Source of the DNA: Octopus vulgaris
Taxonomy: Eukaryota
Assembly (NCBI GenBank): GCA_951406725.2
Contig: OX597826.1
Location: forward strand, 20,212,001-20,276,000
Length of the DNA stretch: 64,000 bases
Direction: 5' to 3'
Below are positions 1-13,849 of this stretch, one piece after another. Below the pieces are notes generated by a model that was not told the DNA's origin, made no database searches, and saw nothing but the letters and a program-made list of their open reading frames with translations. Every line of letters starts with the position of its first letter. The stretch's first letter is position 1. Both the position numbers and the translations under genes were made by a program.

Positions 1-3000
1 ATAAATGGTGCATATATAATGAAAGTGACTTTGAAGTCATCTAAAATGGGAAATCAAAGTAAAAAAAAAAAAAGCATCTTTGCTTATATCAAATATGAAA
101 AGTGATTTTTTTTCTTTTTCATCAAGGACATGATCACATCGCAGTTCAACTGTAACAACAATACTTTAGTATTTCTGCTATGTTGCAGTCCATTGTGCAG
201 TATGTTAACATTATGTGCAGCAGAAGGCTGGTGCACATTGCTGACAAATGATCTTAACAAGAGCAGGTTTGCAGAGGAATTATACTTTTTAGTGTAAAAT
301 GGGTGAATGTGTATTTTCTCAGAGGAAGTTGTCCTGTTACTAGTTATTGGAGAGTTTAGAACAAGGAGTATTCCATGTGGAGTATCATCTCATCAGAGTC
401 TCCATTAATAACAAAATGGACAAAGGCTTTTTAGAATATATCTTCTTTAACTTCATCAAATGGAGTGTTCTTGTTGCTTGTTACTGGAGAGTTTGGAACA
501 AGGAATGCTCCATGCAGAGAACTCATCCATCAGAGTTTCCAGTCATTTTTTAAAAAACAATATTCCTGAGTGTAAGTTTCTTACACATGGAGATTTACAC
601 AAGTTGAATAACAACGAAGATTTTGGTGAGACATTCTCTGAAAAGAGAGTCTTTGAATAGGAGAAGTGGGTGATGCTAAGAAATGGCTATCAAACTCAAA
701 CTACAAGAAAGAACTGGATTAATGGCACTATATATTGAGTCTTAACTGGTAAATAAACGAGAATAGTTGATTGCATATTGAGAGATCTAGGCGTGAGCCT
801 AGCTTGTATTCCTTGTTTTTACCTTTTTAGTAAAGAATACTCCAAATGGCAGTGAGATTTATATTGAAAATATTCACCGATATTTACTGCTAGAAATATA
901 TTCCTCCTCCTCTTATCATGAAGGCCCCTACCTTTGTTCAAAATAGTTGTACCAACCTTCTTTTCCACATAGTAATAATTTCTGTTTGTCTTGTCTCTCA
1001 ACTCTATAAATTATGTTAAACGGTAACCAATGGCAAACACTTTAATGAATGACTACCCATTGTTGCTTTTGTGGTTATTGTAATCAAACTCCAAATACTT
1101 TAGCATGTCCCACACATCAAGAACATACAATACAACTTAGAATATATTTAGTTTCCCAACAAAGAATACTGAAATTATATTTTATATTAAATTGGAGGAG
1201 GACAAAACAAATATAAAAAAGGCAAAACCCCTGAAATTTTTACTTTAATTTTAAATAACATTTATTTTAGATAAATAATTGTATAAACTTCGAAGATTAA
1301 AATAAAATGAATATTTAAAAGTTTGCTGTAAGTTCAGTCACAACTTCTTTATAACAAAATTTTAGCAGATTTTAAGTTTGTGTAACGTTATTTATGTGGC
1401 TCTTTGTAATTAAAATTGGTTGGATGTTTATAAGTTGGGGCTCTTACTAAGCAGCAGCTTGTTATGGAAGTTTAAACCCTAGAAAATAAAGTGAGAGGCT
1501 GATATATGTATATAATATAGTGAATAAATATTGTGTAATCCATTAAAACTACATCTTATAGATGAAAAGGAAAATCATTAGTGTTAATGATAATTCATGT
1601 CAAGGAAAGTAAGGGAGACAAATCTCAAATCTAAATTGATTAAAAATTAAATGTGGACATGCAGTGGTGAGTGAATCTGATCTTTTGTACATGAAAAGAG
1701 ATAACGTCAAACATATTTCTGTTTTATTAGTCCTCCTCAGTAAAACATTTTCAATCTTCCTTACCAGACTTTAGAATGACTGTGACAATGATAAGTTTTT
1801 CACTGAAAAAAATGTTCATTAATTTAGTAGTGAACAAAAAATGATGGAAAATTTGCTAGAAATGTCTTCTGTGAGAAGACTACATAGTTAACTGGTAACT
1901 AATGTTTTTAATTTGGTGAGCCTAAAACACAGAATGTGGTTAGGTGGTGTTTATTACTATCAAAGCAGTTTCCAAAAATTTCTCTCTCTCTCTCTCTCTT
2001 TATATATGAAGTGCCTGTCCCTGTGCATACACACTGCACACAGTGCGCATAATAAAGTGCACACACCTGTTTATGATCATGCGGACACTGACTTTATTAA
2101 TCATTCGTTCTGTTAATTATTGGTCACCGCTTCGGTTCTGTTTATTACTGGAATGTTTTGTAGCAGTGTTTATTTTTTCAGGAATAAAATATACTTTCTG
2201 GTTTTGCTTTATTGATTGAGAAAAAAAAACAAACAAACAACACACACACACATGCACACACACACACAGGGGCAAGATGGAGGGAGTGGTTGCCCTGTAG
2301 ACTTCTGTTGTATTGTTTTTATTTTTCTAATTTCTTTATTAAACTCTAAAGAAATGTCGATTATTTATTATCAATAAAAATGAATGAACAAGCCATTTTT
2401 AATGTTCTTTGTTGTTGGTGATGTTTGATTATTTAACAAAATTTTATTTCTGTAAATATTGTTTTGTAACTTGTATGTTTGACTTTTATAATTGCCGTGT
2501 ATTTATTAAAACTTTCAAAATTATATTCTTGATGTTCAATTGCATTAGATTTTCTCCACCAAATTCTTACTGTTTCCTTCTTTGGCATTTGTCTGTCTTT
2601 GGGACACATTAGGCAATCGGGACCAGAGCCAGAGTGGGGACACCTCCCGGGTTTTTATTACTGATTTTCATAGTGCCACAGAAATGACATTTCCAGGGCA
2701 CAAATCTAGGTTGGGTATATGGTGACCCTAGGCTTTCCATTCACTAGAATCTTGCATCAGCTTTACAGGTGTGGTTCAAAGGAATACATAACAATATGGT
2801 TGGCACGAGTTTGATTGCACAAGTTGTTGAAACAGAGTTGAACCAGACTATCTGTGAGGTTCTGCTCTAGATTAAGAATTAGGTCGATTCTCTAACATTT
2901 GTCTTCCCAAGAAGCGAGTCCATTAGCCATACCTGGGGACTTGTAACATTGGACAGGGGCCAATATGAGGCACTGTTAGTAGAAGCCAACTGAACACTGG

Positions 3001-3969
3001 ACTTATGTCAGACAGGATAGTCACACTTTGAAGTTGTAGGTAGTTAGGATTGCTACCCACATCATTGTCATCATCATCACAATCATCATTTAACGTCTGT
3101 TTTCCATGCTGGCACTATAGTGCTCCAGCTGACTGCTTTGGCATGCTTTCTACAGCTGGATGCCCTTCCTAATGCTGACCATTTTACAGAGTGTACAGTT
3201 GCTTTTTTGCAAGGCACCAGCACCAGTGCTTCATATGTAGCACTAGCATGAGTGCATTTTATGTGGTACCAATGTGGGTACTTTTACCATGGCACCAGCA
3301 CCTGTGAGCTGGCAAGACAAGGATCTCTCAGCTGAGAGAATGGGGAGAGGGAGTGGAACTGAGAGGTGAAAGCATGATAGAGGGACAGAGGTTACTATTG
3401 AGGAGATATTTGGCTACCTCAGTAGGACAAGAAAGGTGAGCAATAGAGAAAGAGAGAGTTTGTTATTAAGGAGTGAAGAGATAAGGACTTTCCTTATGTT
3501 TTGTCAGGAGAGAGAGAGAACGTGTCTGGTGCTAGCAAATGAACAGAGATAACAAAGGGCTGAGAGGAATATATAGTGTTTCTGGGAACAAAACAATATT
3601 ACCAGTCCTGGTGTCATGATATAAATATATCCAGCAATCAGGTGATAAGATGGGCATCCAGCTGTAGAAACTGCTGGAAATGAAATGAAATGTGTAAGCA
3701 AAACAGGGTCTTTGGCCCATCTCGAAGGGCAGTAAATCTGAATAAGAATTGAATTGGTCTTTGACAGCTTATCCAATCCATGTTGATATGGAAATGTTGG
3801 AGTAAAATTATGGTAATGATGACGATGATTCTGGATTGTAAAGTTTATAGATTTATAGATGACAATTCTTCTGTTGCTTCTGATATCATCATCTTCATCA
3901 TCCTGTTGAACTGTCTAACCCATACCAGCATGCAAAAACAGATGTTAAACAATGATGATGATGCTATGT

Positions 3970-4017
<48 letters not shown>

Positions 4018-5788
4018 CTTATCATTTTAATGTCCTCTTTTCCATGCCTGCTTAGGTCAGATGGTGTAATTTGTTTGAGACAGTTTTTATAGTCGGATGC
4101 CCTTCCTGTCACCAACTCTCACCTGTCTCCAAATAAGGTAATATTTCTTCCCCCCCTCCATGATCAGACATGTTTCTCATGGAAAATTGGAAATGTAGGA
4201 CATTGCTTATATGATGGTTACATTTGTTTACAACTATCATGTGATGTCAACGCAAGGTGACAGTAACACACACAAAACAACATATATATGTATCACAGGC
4301 TTCTTTTCAGTTTCCATCTATGAATTCCACTCACAAGGCTTTTGCCAGCCCAGGGCTATAGTAGAAGACACTTGTCCTCGGTACCATGGAGTGGATTGGA
4401 ACCTGAAATCATGTGGTTGGAAACAAATTTCTTACCACACAGCCAAGATATATATATCTCTGTTATCTTTTATTTATCTCAGCCATTAGATTATGGCCAT
4501 GCTAGGGCATTACACTGAAGAATTTTAATTGAATTAATTCATCCATGTGCTTAGTTTTAAGCCCTGTCAAACCTCTAAGTTACAGGAATGTAAACACACC
4601 AGCACAAATTATCAGGTAGTGATGGGGGACAAACACAGACACAAAGACACACAGACATAGATATATATGATGGGTTTCTTTCAGTTTCTGTCTACCAAAT
4701 CCATTCACAAGGCTTTAGTTGGCCCAAGGCTGTAGTAGAAGACATTTGCCTAAATTGCTATCTAGTGGGATTGAACCCAGAAACGTGTTTGGGAAGCAAC
4801 CTTCTTACCGCACATCCATACCTGCACGTGTGTGTGTGTGTGCACGCATGTGTGTATATATATATATATATATATCCAAGAATGGAAATGGTAAATAAAG
4901 ACTATGACTGTTTCATAGCTAAAACAATGTTTGTAACATAACTTGTAACCCATATAAAATCTGTTTGACCAATCTTCAGGTCCTGTTGTGTTCAAGTTGT
5001 TTGCTTGGAGATTAGCCACAGCACAAATGACAATTTAAAAAAAAAAAAAAATGAAAATCAGAAGACCACCATTGAGATTAACTGCTAGGTAATCCACCCT
5101 AATAAGAAACAGGGTGGGGATATTAGGTAGAGGCATATGAAATGTTCACATGCTCACATCCATAAAATGTCAACCTGACTAACTGAGACAGCTTCACTCA
5201 CCATCACACAACTGTCCCCATTTTCACCCCACCACCTGTCCCTCAAGTGCTGTTAGTTGAGTTCATTCTAGTTTGAGGATCACTTTCTTCCACTCATGTG
5301 AGTATTAAAGGCTCTGAGTGTGGGTATGAGTACAACTCTTCTTCCGCTGACAAAACTCAAACTCCTCTACACAAATCTGCTTTGTCCTCTCCTTGTCACT
5401 TCAACTGTTACTACAATGGTCTCTGCTCTTCTGAACTAACATGGTTCTGGATAAATAAATAAAAAAATATATATCCAATAATCTCCTCCTTACAGTCTCT
5501 CCCCTTTCCCCCTAAACACTATCCCTAAATGTTGTTCCTAACTGCAACCCTCAAGAACTAATTAACAAGTTCTACATGCTGCACTGCTGTCATCGTCATC
5601 ATCATCATCATCATCATTTAATGTCTATATTCTATGCTGTCATGAATTGGATGGTTTCACAGGATCTAATGTGTCTCTAAGGGCTGCATTGAGCCCTGTC
5701 TCCCTTGGCATGGTTTTTACTGCTGGGTGCCTTCCCTAATACCAACAACCTTACAGCATGACCTGCATTGTTTATACTTACATATATA

Positions 5789-5833
<45 letters not shown>

Positions 5834-6108
5834 GTAAAGATTCAGAGATCAAGGAATAGGAAGACAGTTAGCTTCAAGCAATCTGTAATAAATATATTCT
5901 GACTGAACCTTCTGGGCATCGACATGTACCTCCTTGCGACAATGTAACATTTCATCTAATCAGGATGTCTTTGACCTGAAGAGTGGCCTGCATTATACAC
6001 CCCTCTTGGATATTTACCAATTCTGAAGTTCCACTTGCTATGAAACATATGTAGCCCAGATTTTATCTACTCCATTCTATAACTTTTGTGTGTGTGTGTG
6101 TATATATA

Positions 6109-6146
<38 letters not shown>

Positions 6147-6230
6147 TTATCAACTTGTGTTGCAAGATTCCTGATATGAAATGGTGCATTGAAACAGACA
6201 TTGTTGTACTTTGGGATGGTCATTTTCTTT

Positions 6231-6590
6231 AGGCATAGGAGTGGCTTACTTACTAACCACATGGTTCCGGGTTCAGTCCCACTGCGTGGCACCTTGGGCA
6301 AGTGTCTTCTACTATAGCCTCGGGCCAACCAAACCGTTGTGAGTGGATTTGGTAGACGGAAATTGAAAGAAGCCCGTCGTGTATATGTATATATATGTTC
6401 CCCCAACATCGCTTGACAACCGATGCTGGTGTGTTTACGTCCTCGTAACTTGGTTCAGCAAAAGAGACCGATAGAATAAGTACTAGGCTTACAAAGAATA
6501 AGTCCTGGGGGCGATTTGTTCAACTAAAGGTGGTGCTCCGGCATGGCCACAGTCAAATGACTGAAACAACTAAAAGAGTAAAAGAGAGTA
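6231..6590 (+). mobile_element. tRNA-derived SINE, family 1 (octopus-type), near full length
   Basis: Head GGAGTGGC...GGTTCCGGGTTCAGTCCCACTGCGTGGCACCTTGGGCAAGTGTCTTCTACTATAGCC, internal TA/TG microsatellite, tail GACTGAAACAA..AAAAGAG. Related copies at about 4480-4825(-), 23315-23690(-), 27180-27425(-), 38021-38390(+), 46510-46885(+), 53963-54330(+). Confidence 0.85.
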
Positions 6591-6703
6591 CTATATATTT
6601 GTTCCTCACTTGTTCATTACTGTTCTTAACTCATGTCCATTGGCCAGAAATCTTTCGTCACACATCTGTATTTATTTAGCCAAAAAAAAAAAAATGACCA
6701 TCC

Positions 6704-6738
<35 letters not shown>

Positions 6739-7409
6739 AGGCTTCTTTTAGTTTCTCTCTGCTAAATCCACTCACAAGGCTATGTTAGGCCCGAGGCTAT
6801 AATAGAAAACACTTGCCCAAGGTGCCATGCAGCAAAATTGAACTCAAAGCCATGCTGTTAGGAAGCAAGCTTCTTGCCACACAGCTATGCCTGCACCTGT
6901 AATAACTATCAGTAAATTTAAAAAATAAAATTTCATTATACAATTTGAAATTATTGCTATTACTGCAATCTTCACTCTCCCCACCTCCACCATCATCACC
7001 ATCTTTATTCCTCTCCATCCTTTCTCATCGCCGTTTCTCCCAAATCAAACGCTGAGTGTCCAACTGTGTTTGTGTCTTGTGAAGTATCCTGAACGCCCTC
7101 CCCATCTTCCACCTTCTCTTTGCTCTTGTACAAATATTTATTTCACTTAAACTTCCTCTGGCAAAAGCGGTAATGCTTTAGACGAATAACCAATAGCAAG
7201 ACTTTTAGATGAAAGGTTTGTAACATTTTCACCTCCAAAAACAAATTCATTCTGATTGGATGTCATTTCTGAGAAGCCCAAGCCTACCACTGGTCAGTAT
7301 TTTCAGTTACAAACAGGTGCTGAGATTTATGAATGATGACTTTGAATGATGACTATGAATGATGACTTTGAGACAGTTAATTCAGATCTAGTTGGGTAGA
7401 ATGAAAGAT

Positions 7410-7641
7410 TTAACCCTTTAGCATTCAAATCAGCCATGCCATGCCCAAATATTCTACCTGTTCTATGTTCAAAATGACCAGATCAGGCCTTTCACTCCTA
7501 CCCTACAATGTTATTCTAAAAATAAAACAATCACATCATTGAAATCTTGAAGTTATTATAAGATATTGAATGCTGAATTCAAAGCAATGTGGATGAATAA
7601 GCTTTACATTTGACAGAGTCATCTGAATGCCAACCGGTCAA
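7410..7641. mobile_element. piggyBac-like MITE (degenerate)
   Basis: Begins TTAACCCTTTAGCATTCA and ends TGAATGCCAACCGGTCAA, a degenerate inverted end with TTAA-like flanks. Confidence 0.5.
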
Positions 7642-9449
7642 CAAAACCATAACCCTTGTCTCAGATACTGACCAATGGTGCAGTGGTCAGTGTGAAGTGG
7701 ACTACTTGTCTTACATTATGAACTTATGGAAATGGAAGAAGATATCAGAGAAGAAGAATGTGTTCTAAACAAGTTTCCCTTTCTCTCCCCAAATGTCTGC
7801 GTTGGCTTCATGATGGCCATGGGTCCTGCTGATGTCAGGCACAGTTAATGATGATAATAATTCTTCCTAATTTTTTACCCAAGACCAGCAGTTTTGAGGG
7901 GAGGGGGAATTATGTCAAACCCAGTGTTTGATTATTTATTTTATTGACCCTGAAAGAACGAAAGGTAAAGTTGACTTTGTCACAATTTGATCTTTGAGTG
8001 TAAAGGGCTAGAAGAGATGCTGCTAAGCATTTTGCAAGGAGAGGGTAAGTCGATTACATCAACCCCAGTGTGTAACTGGTACTTATTTAATCAACCCCAA
8101 AAGATGAAAGGCAAAGCTGACCTTGGCGGAATTTTAACTCAGAATGTAGCAGCAAACAAAATACCGCCAAGCATTTTGTTTGGTGTGCTAATGGTTCTAC
8201 CAGCTCACCACCTTCCTACATATCAATAATGATTCTGCTGGCTTGCCACCTTAAATGATAATAATAATGTTTTGTGATTTAAGTTCAAATTACAAAGCCA
8301 ACAATTTTCAAGGGATAGTGGTGGTGGTGGTGGTGGTGGTAAGGGATGGGGAGTAGTCTGTTCCATTGACTCTCAGTACTTGACTGGTGCTATATTTTAT
8401 TGACTCTCAAAATGATGAAAGGCAAAGCCAACCTTGGTAGGATTTGAACTCAGAACATAGAGAACTGGAACAAATAGCACATGGCAGTTTGTTTAACAAT
8501 TCTGCCAGCTCACTGCCATTATCAGTATTGATAATAAGTAGTAATATTGATTGATTACTGAAGGACTGTGACACTTGTTGAGGAGAAAGAACAGCAATTT
8601 GTTGAATTAAACACCAGTATATTACAGGTATTGATTGGATCAATACACAGCCAACTGGGGAGATTCCATGTAGCCACTTAACCTTACGGAAAATCACACC
8701 CTGCCATCTTAAAATAGGAAGGCTACATTGGATGGTCATACTTGGAATGCTTTTGGTCATAGGTCTGCTGGATCAAAGCTGAACTTTGTCTGAACAACAG
8801 CGATGAAGGACAGCATCATCATCATCATCATTGCTTAATGTCTGCTTTCCATGCTGGCATGGGTTGGATGGTTTGACTGAAAACTGGTAAGCCAAGGAAC
8901 TGCACCCGGTTCCAATCTGAAACATTGGAGGATACAATCCTAAATATACTGTGTTTGAATAAGCGACAGGATAGTCATGGTTGGAACATCTTTGACCATA
9001 ATTCTGCTGGATTAGAGGTGACCTGGGGCTATACAATAATAATGTCTATAGCCATGGGAGAAAAAAAAAGAACATTTGAGATGTGGATTGTTTGCAGATT
9101 GAGCAGCATCAGCTAGAAAGACAGGATAACAAATCAAGCATGGCTTGGAAAACCGAAAGTCCAAAGACAGCCGTTGTTGAGAATCAAGTTCACAAAGCTT
9201 TCATGTTTTGGACATAAGCTCATGTAATCTTAGCTTCTTTATTTCTGATGGATTGGTCACTGTTGGAATACTTTTCACTACATGCAACTGGATCATAACT
9301 GTCTTAGAACAACACTGACAAGATGGAAGGACACATTAGATAATATACTCCTAGATACACTGTGAAATAGTCACAACTGGAGCACTTGGCTATAGGTCTG
9401 CTGGATCCAACAACAACAGGATTTATTCCATATTAATAAACCTCACATC

Positions 9450-10690
9450 TGTCTCAATGAATAAAGTTTCTTCTTCTTTTGGTCAATCAGTAGCACGAAC
9501 CACATTTACGAGGATTTGTGTCGAAAGTGATGCACAAATGGCTATAACTTTGGCTTTAACTCACAAAGTTTGTTCGAATTGCATGAGTTGGTTGGGTGAT
9601 TCTTCCTCTTTTGTAATTCTTCCTTTTGTTGTTCTTCATTGCAGGTAAATAATGGGTTCCAAGCAGAAGCAACATAGAAACCTTCAAAGAATTCTTGATG
9701 AAGGAAGTGCACTGGCTCTGTGGCATCCAGAGAGGGCAACAGGTTGTTTCAAGAGAGGGCACCACTGAAAAGAACAATGTGCACAGATGGATGAAGTTTG
9801 AAGAAGGAGAAAACCAACATTGAGGACAAAACACACACTAGGGGACCATCAATTGTGAGTCTGACATGAATCACCAGTGATTGTCTGAACTGATCCATGC
9901 AGACCGATGAGGCACCATCTGTGAAATTTCTGCACAACTGGACTGTGGTCACAATGCATTTCAGAAGATGGTAGAAGACTTTGGGTATTGGAAATTGTGT
10001 ACCAATGGTTGCCTCAGCAGCTGGAGTGAAAGATGAAAGTCTGTTCTGATCTGCTGGATGTGTTTAAAGCCAATGAAGACTTTTTTTCTTCTCTGGCGAT
10101 GGAAAATAAAATGTAGAAACAAAGGCTAATCTTCCAAGTCCTAAGAAATTCAAGAGCCAGTGACTTTTTGGGAATGACAGGGCATCATTTTCCTCAATTT
10201 TCAGGATATGGCTGTACCTCAAACAGTGAGCATTGAGACACTCAGAAATTTTAGAGAATCCATTTGGAAGAAGCGGTCACCTGAAAATCTGAAAAACAAA
10301 CCCAGTCCATGTTGACAATTCATGACCACACAGATCTTTGCAACTGATCAGGGAATCAGGAAACTGAACTGGTTTCCATCCATTGAACAGCCTAAATCTG
10401 GTGCCCTCTCATCATCTGTTGGTTTGGTCCAAGAAAGAACAGTGTATGTGGACAAAGATTTGATTGATACTGATGAAGGGAAAGAATTTTTGAAGAAATG
10501 AGTAGAACAGGGCTCACCTGAACTTTTTGGTTCAAGAGTTGGAGTCAGTAATAGCACAAGCACATCAGCTGTGATAGAGACCTTTGTATAATGGAAGAAT
10601 CAATCAATCAACCCCTGTAATTTGAATGCCTTGTGTCAGTTAATAAAAAAAATTATGCCTATTTTTGCATTACTTTTGGTTGAACAATTG
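9450..10690 (+). mobile_element. Mariner-family transposon relic (disrupted transposase)
   Basis: Frameshifted fragments: LGYWKLC (cf. LGYRKVCARWVP), PSPKKFK, FW.xQGII, IETLRNFRESIWKKR, HVDNS*PHT (cf. HDNARPH). Confidence 0.7.
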
Positions 10691-10899
10691 TACAGTGGAA
10701 CTTGGTAAGTATTTCTCTGGCACTTGGACCCTTCATATTCAAGCAGATTCAATTTCTTCAAGGCTTCTGCTTACCTAATATAATCCAAGACTGTGGTGGA
10801 AGGCTCTTGGCCAATGTGTCCAGATCAAACCCTTGGGATTGAAAATCAAAGTCCTTAAACACCATACTCTATATTACATATGATGAAAAGCAGCAAAGA

Positions 10900-11300
10900 T
10901 CCTTCCTAAATCCTTAGTTATTTCAACATCAGACACCCTCACCAAGGTGACCCAACTGGTGTTGATTGATCCCTAGCTTGTGTCCACTTAGCACTGCCCC
11001 CCTGGTAGCACTGCTGTTTTCAGGGATCACACCTGATCCACAACCACTTTGGAGTGACTCCTGCTGCTTTCACAACCATTGCAATGGCCTTCTGCCTACT
11101 GGCCCCTGTGATGCCAAGCATGGTGTAAACTTTGCTGAAGGAGTGACCTGCAAACCCTCTGCATCCCACCTCAGTGTTATCACATCTTGCTTGCCACTCA
11201 TTGCTTTGCCATAACTACACAAGCTCATCATATTTCTTCCTCGTACTCTCAGTAGTCTCCTCAATGTCATTCTCCCAGGGAACAGAGAGTTCTAACAGAA
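10900..11300 (-). mobile_element. 3' end of an RLE-type non-LTR retrotransposon (HERO/NeSL-like)
   Basis: Minus-strand translation ELSVPWENDIEETTESTRKKYDELV*..ARCDNTEVGCRGFAGHSFSKVYTMLGITGASRQKAI..KWLWIR matches the ELTVPWE..K..KY..EVGCRGF..WLW restriction-like endonuclease C-terminus. Confidence 0.8.
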
Positions 11301-12249
11301 CCAGATACACACACAGATGTTAAGAAAACCATCATTTTGAAATTATTTGTTTGTTCATTTTGCATGTGTTGTTCTTCACTGGATTAAGTTAAACAAATTC
11401 ATTATCAAAACAGTGTCTAAATGGCCAGACACCCTCCCTGACACTCTTACTTGTTTACAAGTAAGGGATCTCTTTCTTCACATGTCTTCATATGTGCAAA
11501 GTCAGTGGAAGGTTTGGTGTTAGGACAAATGATAACAACAACATGAGTTTTAGAGAAGCACCAGTTTAAATGCATACACACACACACATATTTATATGAC
11601 AGGCTTCTTTCAGTCTCCATGTACCAAACCCACTCAGCGCTTTTGTTGGCTTGTGGCTCTAGTACAAGTCACTAAGCTAAGTGGTTGCACCCTAGCATTG
11701 AGCCCAAAACCATGTGCTTAGGAAGTGAATTTCTTAACCACACAGCCAGGCTGATATATATATATATATATATATGTATTCTTTATTTATGGGTTAACAA
11801 GGGAACCAATGGTTTCGTGTGACGCAATCTTCACAATTGTTCAAGTGTGCCACATGGAAGTGTTGATATTTGTCTCCATTTTGGGATGGGTATTGCTATC
11901 CAATGTGTGTGTGTGTCTGTTTGTAGGTGGGTGTCTGTATAGATAGATAGATTCATAGATTCATAGATAGATACACACACAGACATTATATATGTGCATA
12001 TATATCCTCATTATTGTTTGATGTCTGTTTTCCATGCTGGTATGGGTTGACTAGAGCTGGCAAGCAGAACAGGCACACTGGGTTCCAGTTGTCTGCTTTG
12101 GCAGGGTTTCTACAGCTGGATGTCCTTCCTGATGCCAACCACTTTACAGAGTGTGCTTTTTATATGCAACCAGCATGGGTGCATTTACATAACACTGATA
12201 TAAGTGCATTTTACATGACACCAGCACCTGCAAGACAATGATCTCTTGA

Positions 12250-13035
12250 CTCGGAGAGTAAGTGGGGCGTGGCCATAAAGAACATACCTGTATGCATGGA
12301 TGATTGCAATTTTACTTTGCTTGAGGTATCCTCTCAGGTACAGCAAATTGCTGGAGATTTTGCTTCTTTGTCATCTTCTCAGTGAGGCCCAGCCTCTGAA
12401 GATCCTTTCTCACCACCTCATCCTGTGTCTTCCTGGGTCTACTCCTTCCATAGTTAGAGATTGGCACTTCTTCACGCAGCTGTACTCATCCATATGCATC
12501 ACATGACCATACCAGTCTAGTCTTCTTTCTTGAACACATCTGATGCCTCTTATACTCCTTAAGTCATTTACACTCTGCCGTACATGCACGCTGACCTTAC
12601 CACTCCACTGGAGCATACTAGCTTCATTTCTCTTAAGCTTTTGCATGTCCTCTCTAGTCATAGCTCATGTTTCACTGCCATGTAGCATTGCTCTACATAC
12701 ACAGGTATCATACAATCTGCCTTTCACTTTGAGGGAGAGGCTCTTTGTTACTAAGAAAGGTAGTAGTTCTCTAAACTTTGCCCAACCCATTCTTATTCAT
12801 GCAACTATACTTTCAGAACCTTCTCTTCCACTGCTAAATTGATCACTTAGATACCAAAAGCTGTCGACTACTTCTAAGGATCCCTGCCAAGCATTTGAGG
12901 AAGTCTATTCTCTGCACATTCTTAGTGTTTATTGTAACCCCACATCTTCCACACACAAAGGCTATTTTCTTGGTTAACCTTCCTGTGATGCCGCTACACC
13001 CCTCTTATGTGTCCAAATCTTGCTTTGGGTGCAAC
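12250..13035 (-). mobile_element. RTE-clade LINE 3' fragment
   Basis: EDMQKLKRNEASMLQW..IRCVQERRLDWYGHVMHMDEYSCVKKCQSL is the typical RTE RT C-terminus; stops and frameshifts upstream. Confidence 0.85.
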
Positions 13036-13037
13036 GT

Positions 13038-13829
13038 ATTTTGATACAATATAAAGGACATAATGGAAATTAATATGTACAGGTCAAATTTTGCAACACC
13101 ACTACATCACATATGAAAAATCACATTGCTTCAATGGCAACCATTTTCGGTTTTGCATGCCTGTGCTCTTTCCAAAACTTGTACCATAACACCCTCAAGA
13201 GTTTCAGACCCCACTTCTCTGATTTCTCTATTAATGTTCTCCTTCAGTTGTATCAGGGTCTCCAGTTTGTTGACATAAACATTCTCTTTCAGTTATCCTC
13301 ACAAGAAAAAATCCAGGCTAGTCAAGTCTGGAGAACATGAAGGCCATTCACAGTAGACCTCACACATGGTTCCAGCAAGATGGGGCAACTGCTCATACTG
13401 CAAGAGAAACAATGCAGTTGCTATGGAAGTGCTTTGGAGAGAATAGTCTCCTGCTACGGTGATGTCAACTGGTCTTCACGTTCCCCCAGACTTGACTAGC
13501 CTGGATTTTTTTCTTGTGGAAATACCTGAAAGAGAGACTTTATGTCAACAAACCGGAGACCCTGGTGCAAATGAAGGGGAACATCAATAGAGAAATCAGA
13601 GAAGTGGGGTCTGAAACTCTTAAGGGTGTTATGGTGCAAGTTTTGGAAAGTGCACAGGTGTGGGAGGCCGAAAATGGCTGCCATTGAAGCAATATCATTT
13701 TTCATATGTCCCGTGTGCATATTAATTTCCATTATGTCCCTTATGTTGTTTCAAAATTTCATGCATTTATTTGTGAAGTTAAGGAAATTAAAAACTGAAA
13801 CCCATCAGTGACTTTTGGAGCACCCTGTA
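13038..13829. mobile_element. Tc1/mariner-superfamily 3' end duplicated as an inverted repeat (foldback)
   Basis: Arms 13038-13346 and 13471-13758 are reverse complements. The + arm encodes SRSPDLTSLDFFLW.YLK..YVNKPETL (cf. WPPRSPDLTPLDFFLWGYLK). The right terminus GCACCCTG-TA lies at about 13820-13829. Confidence 0.8.
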
Positions 13830-13849
13830 AACACACACACACACAGACT

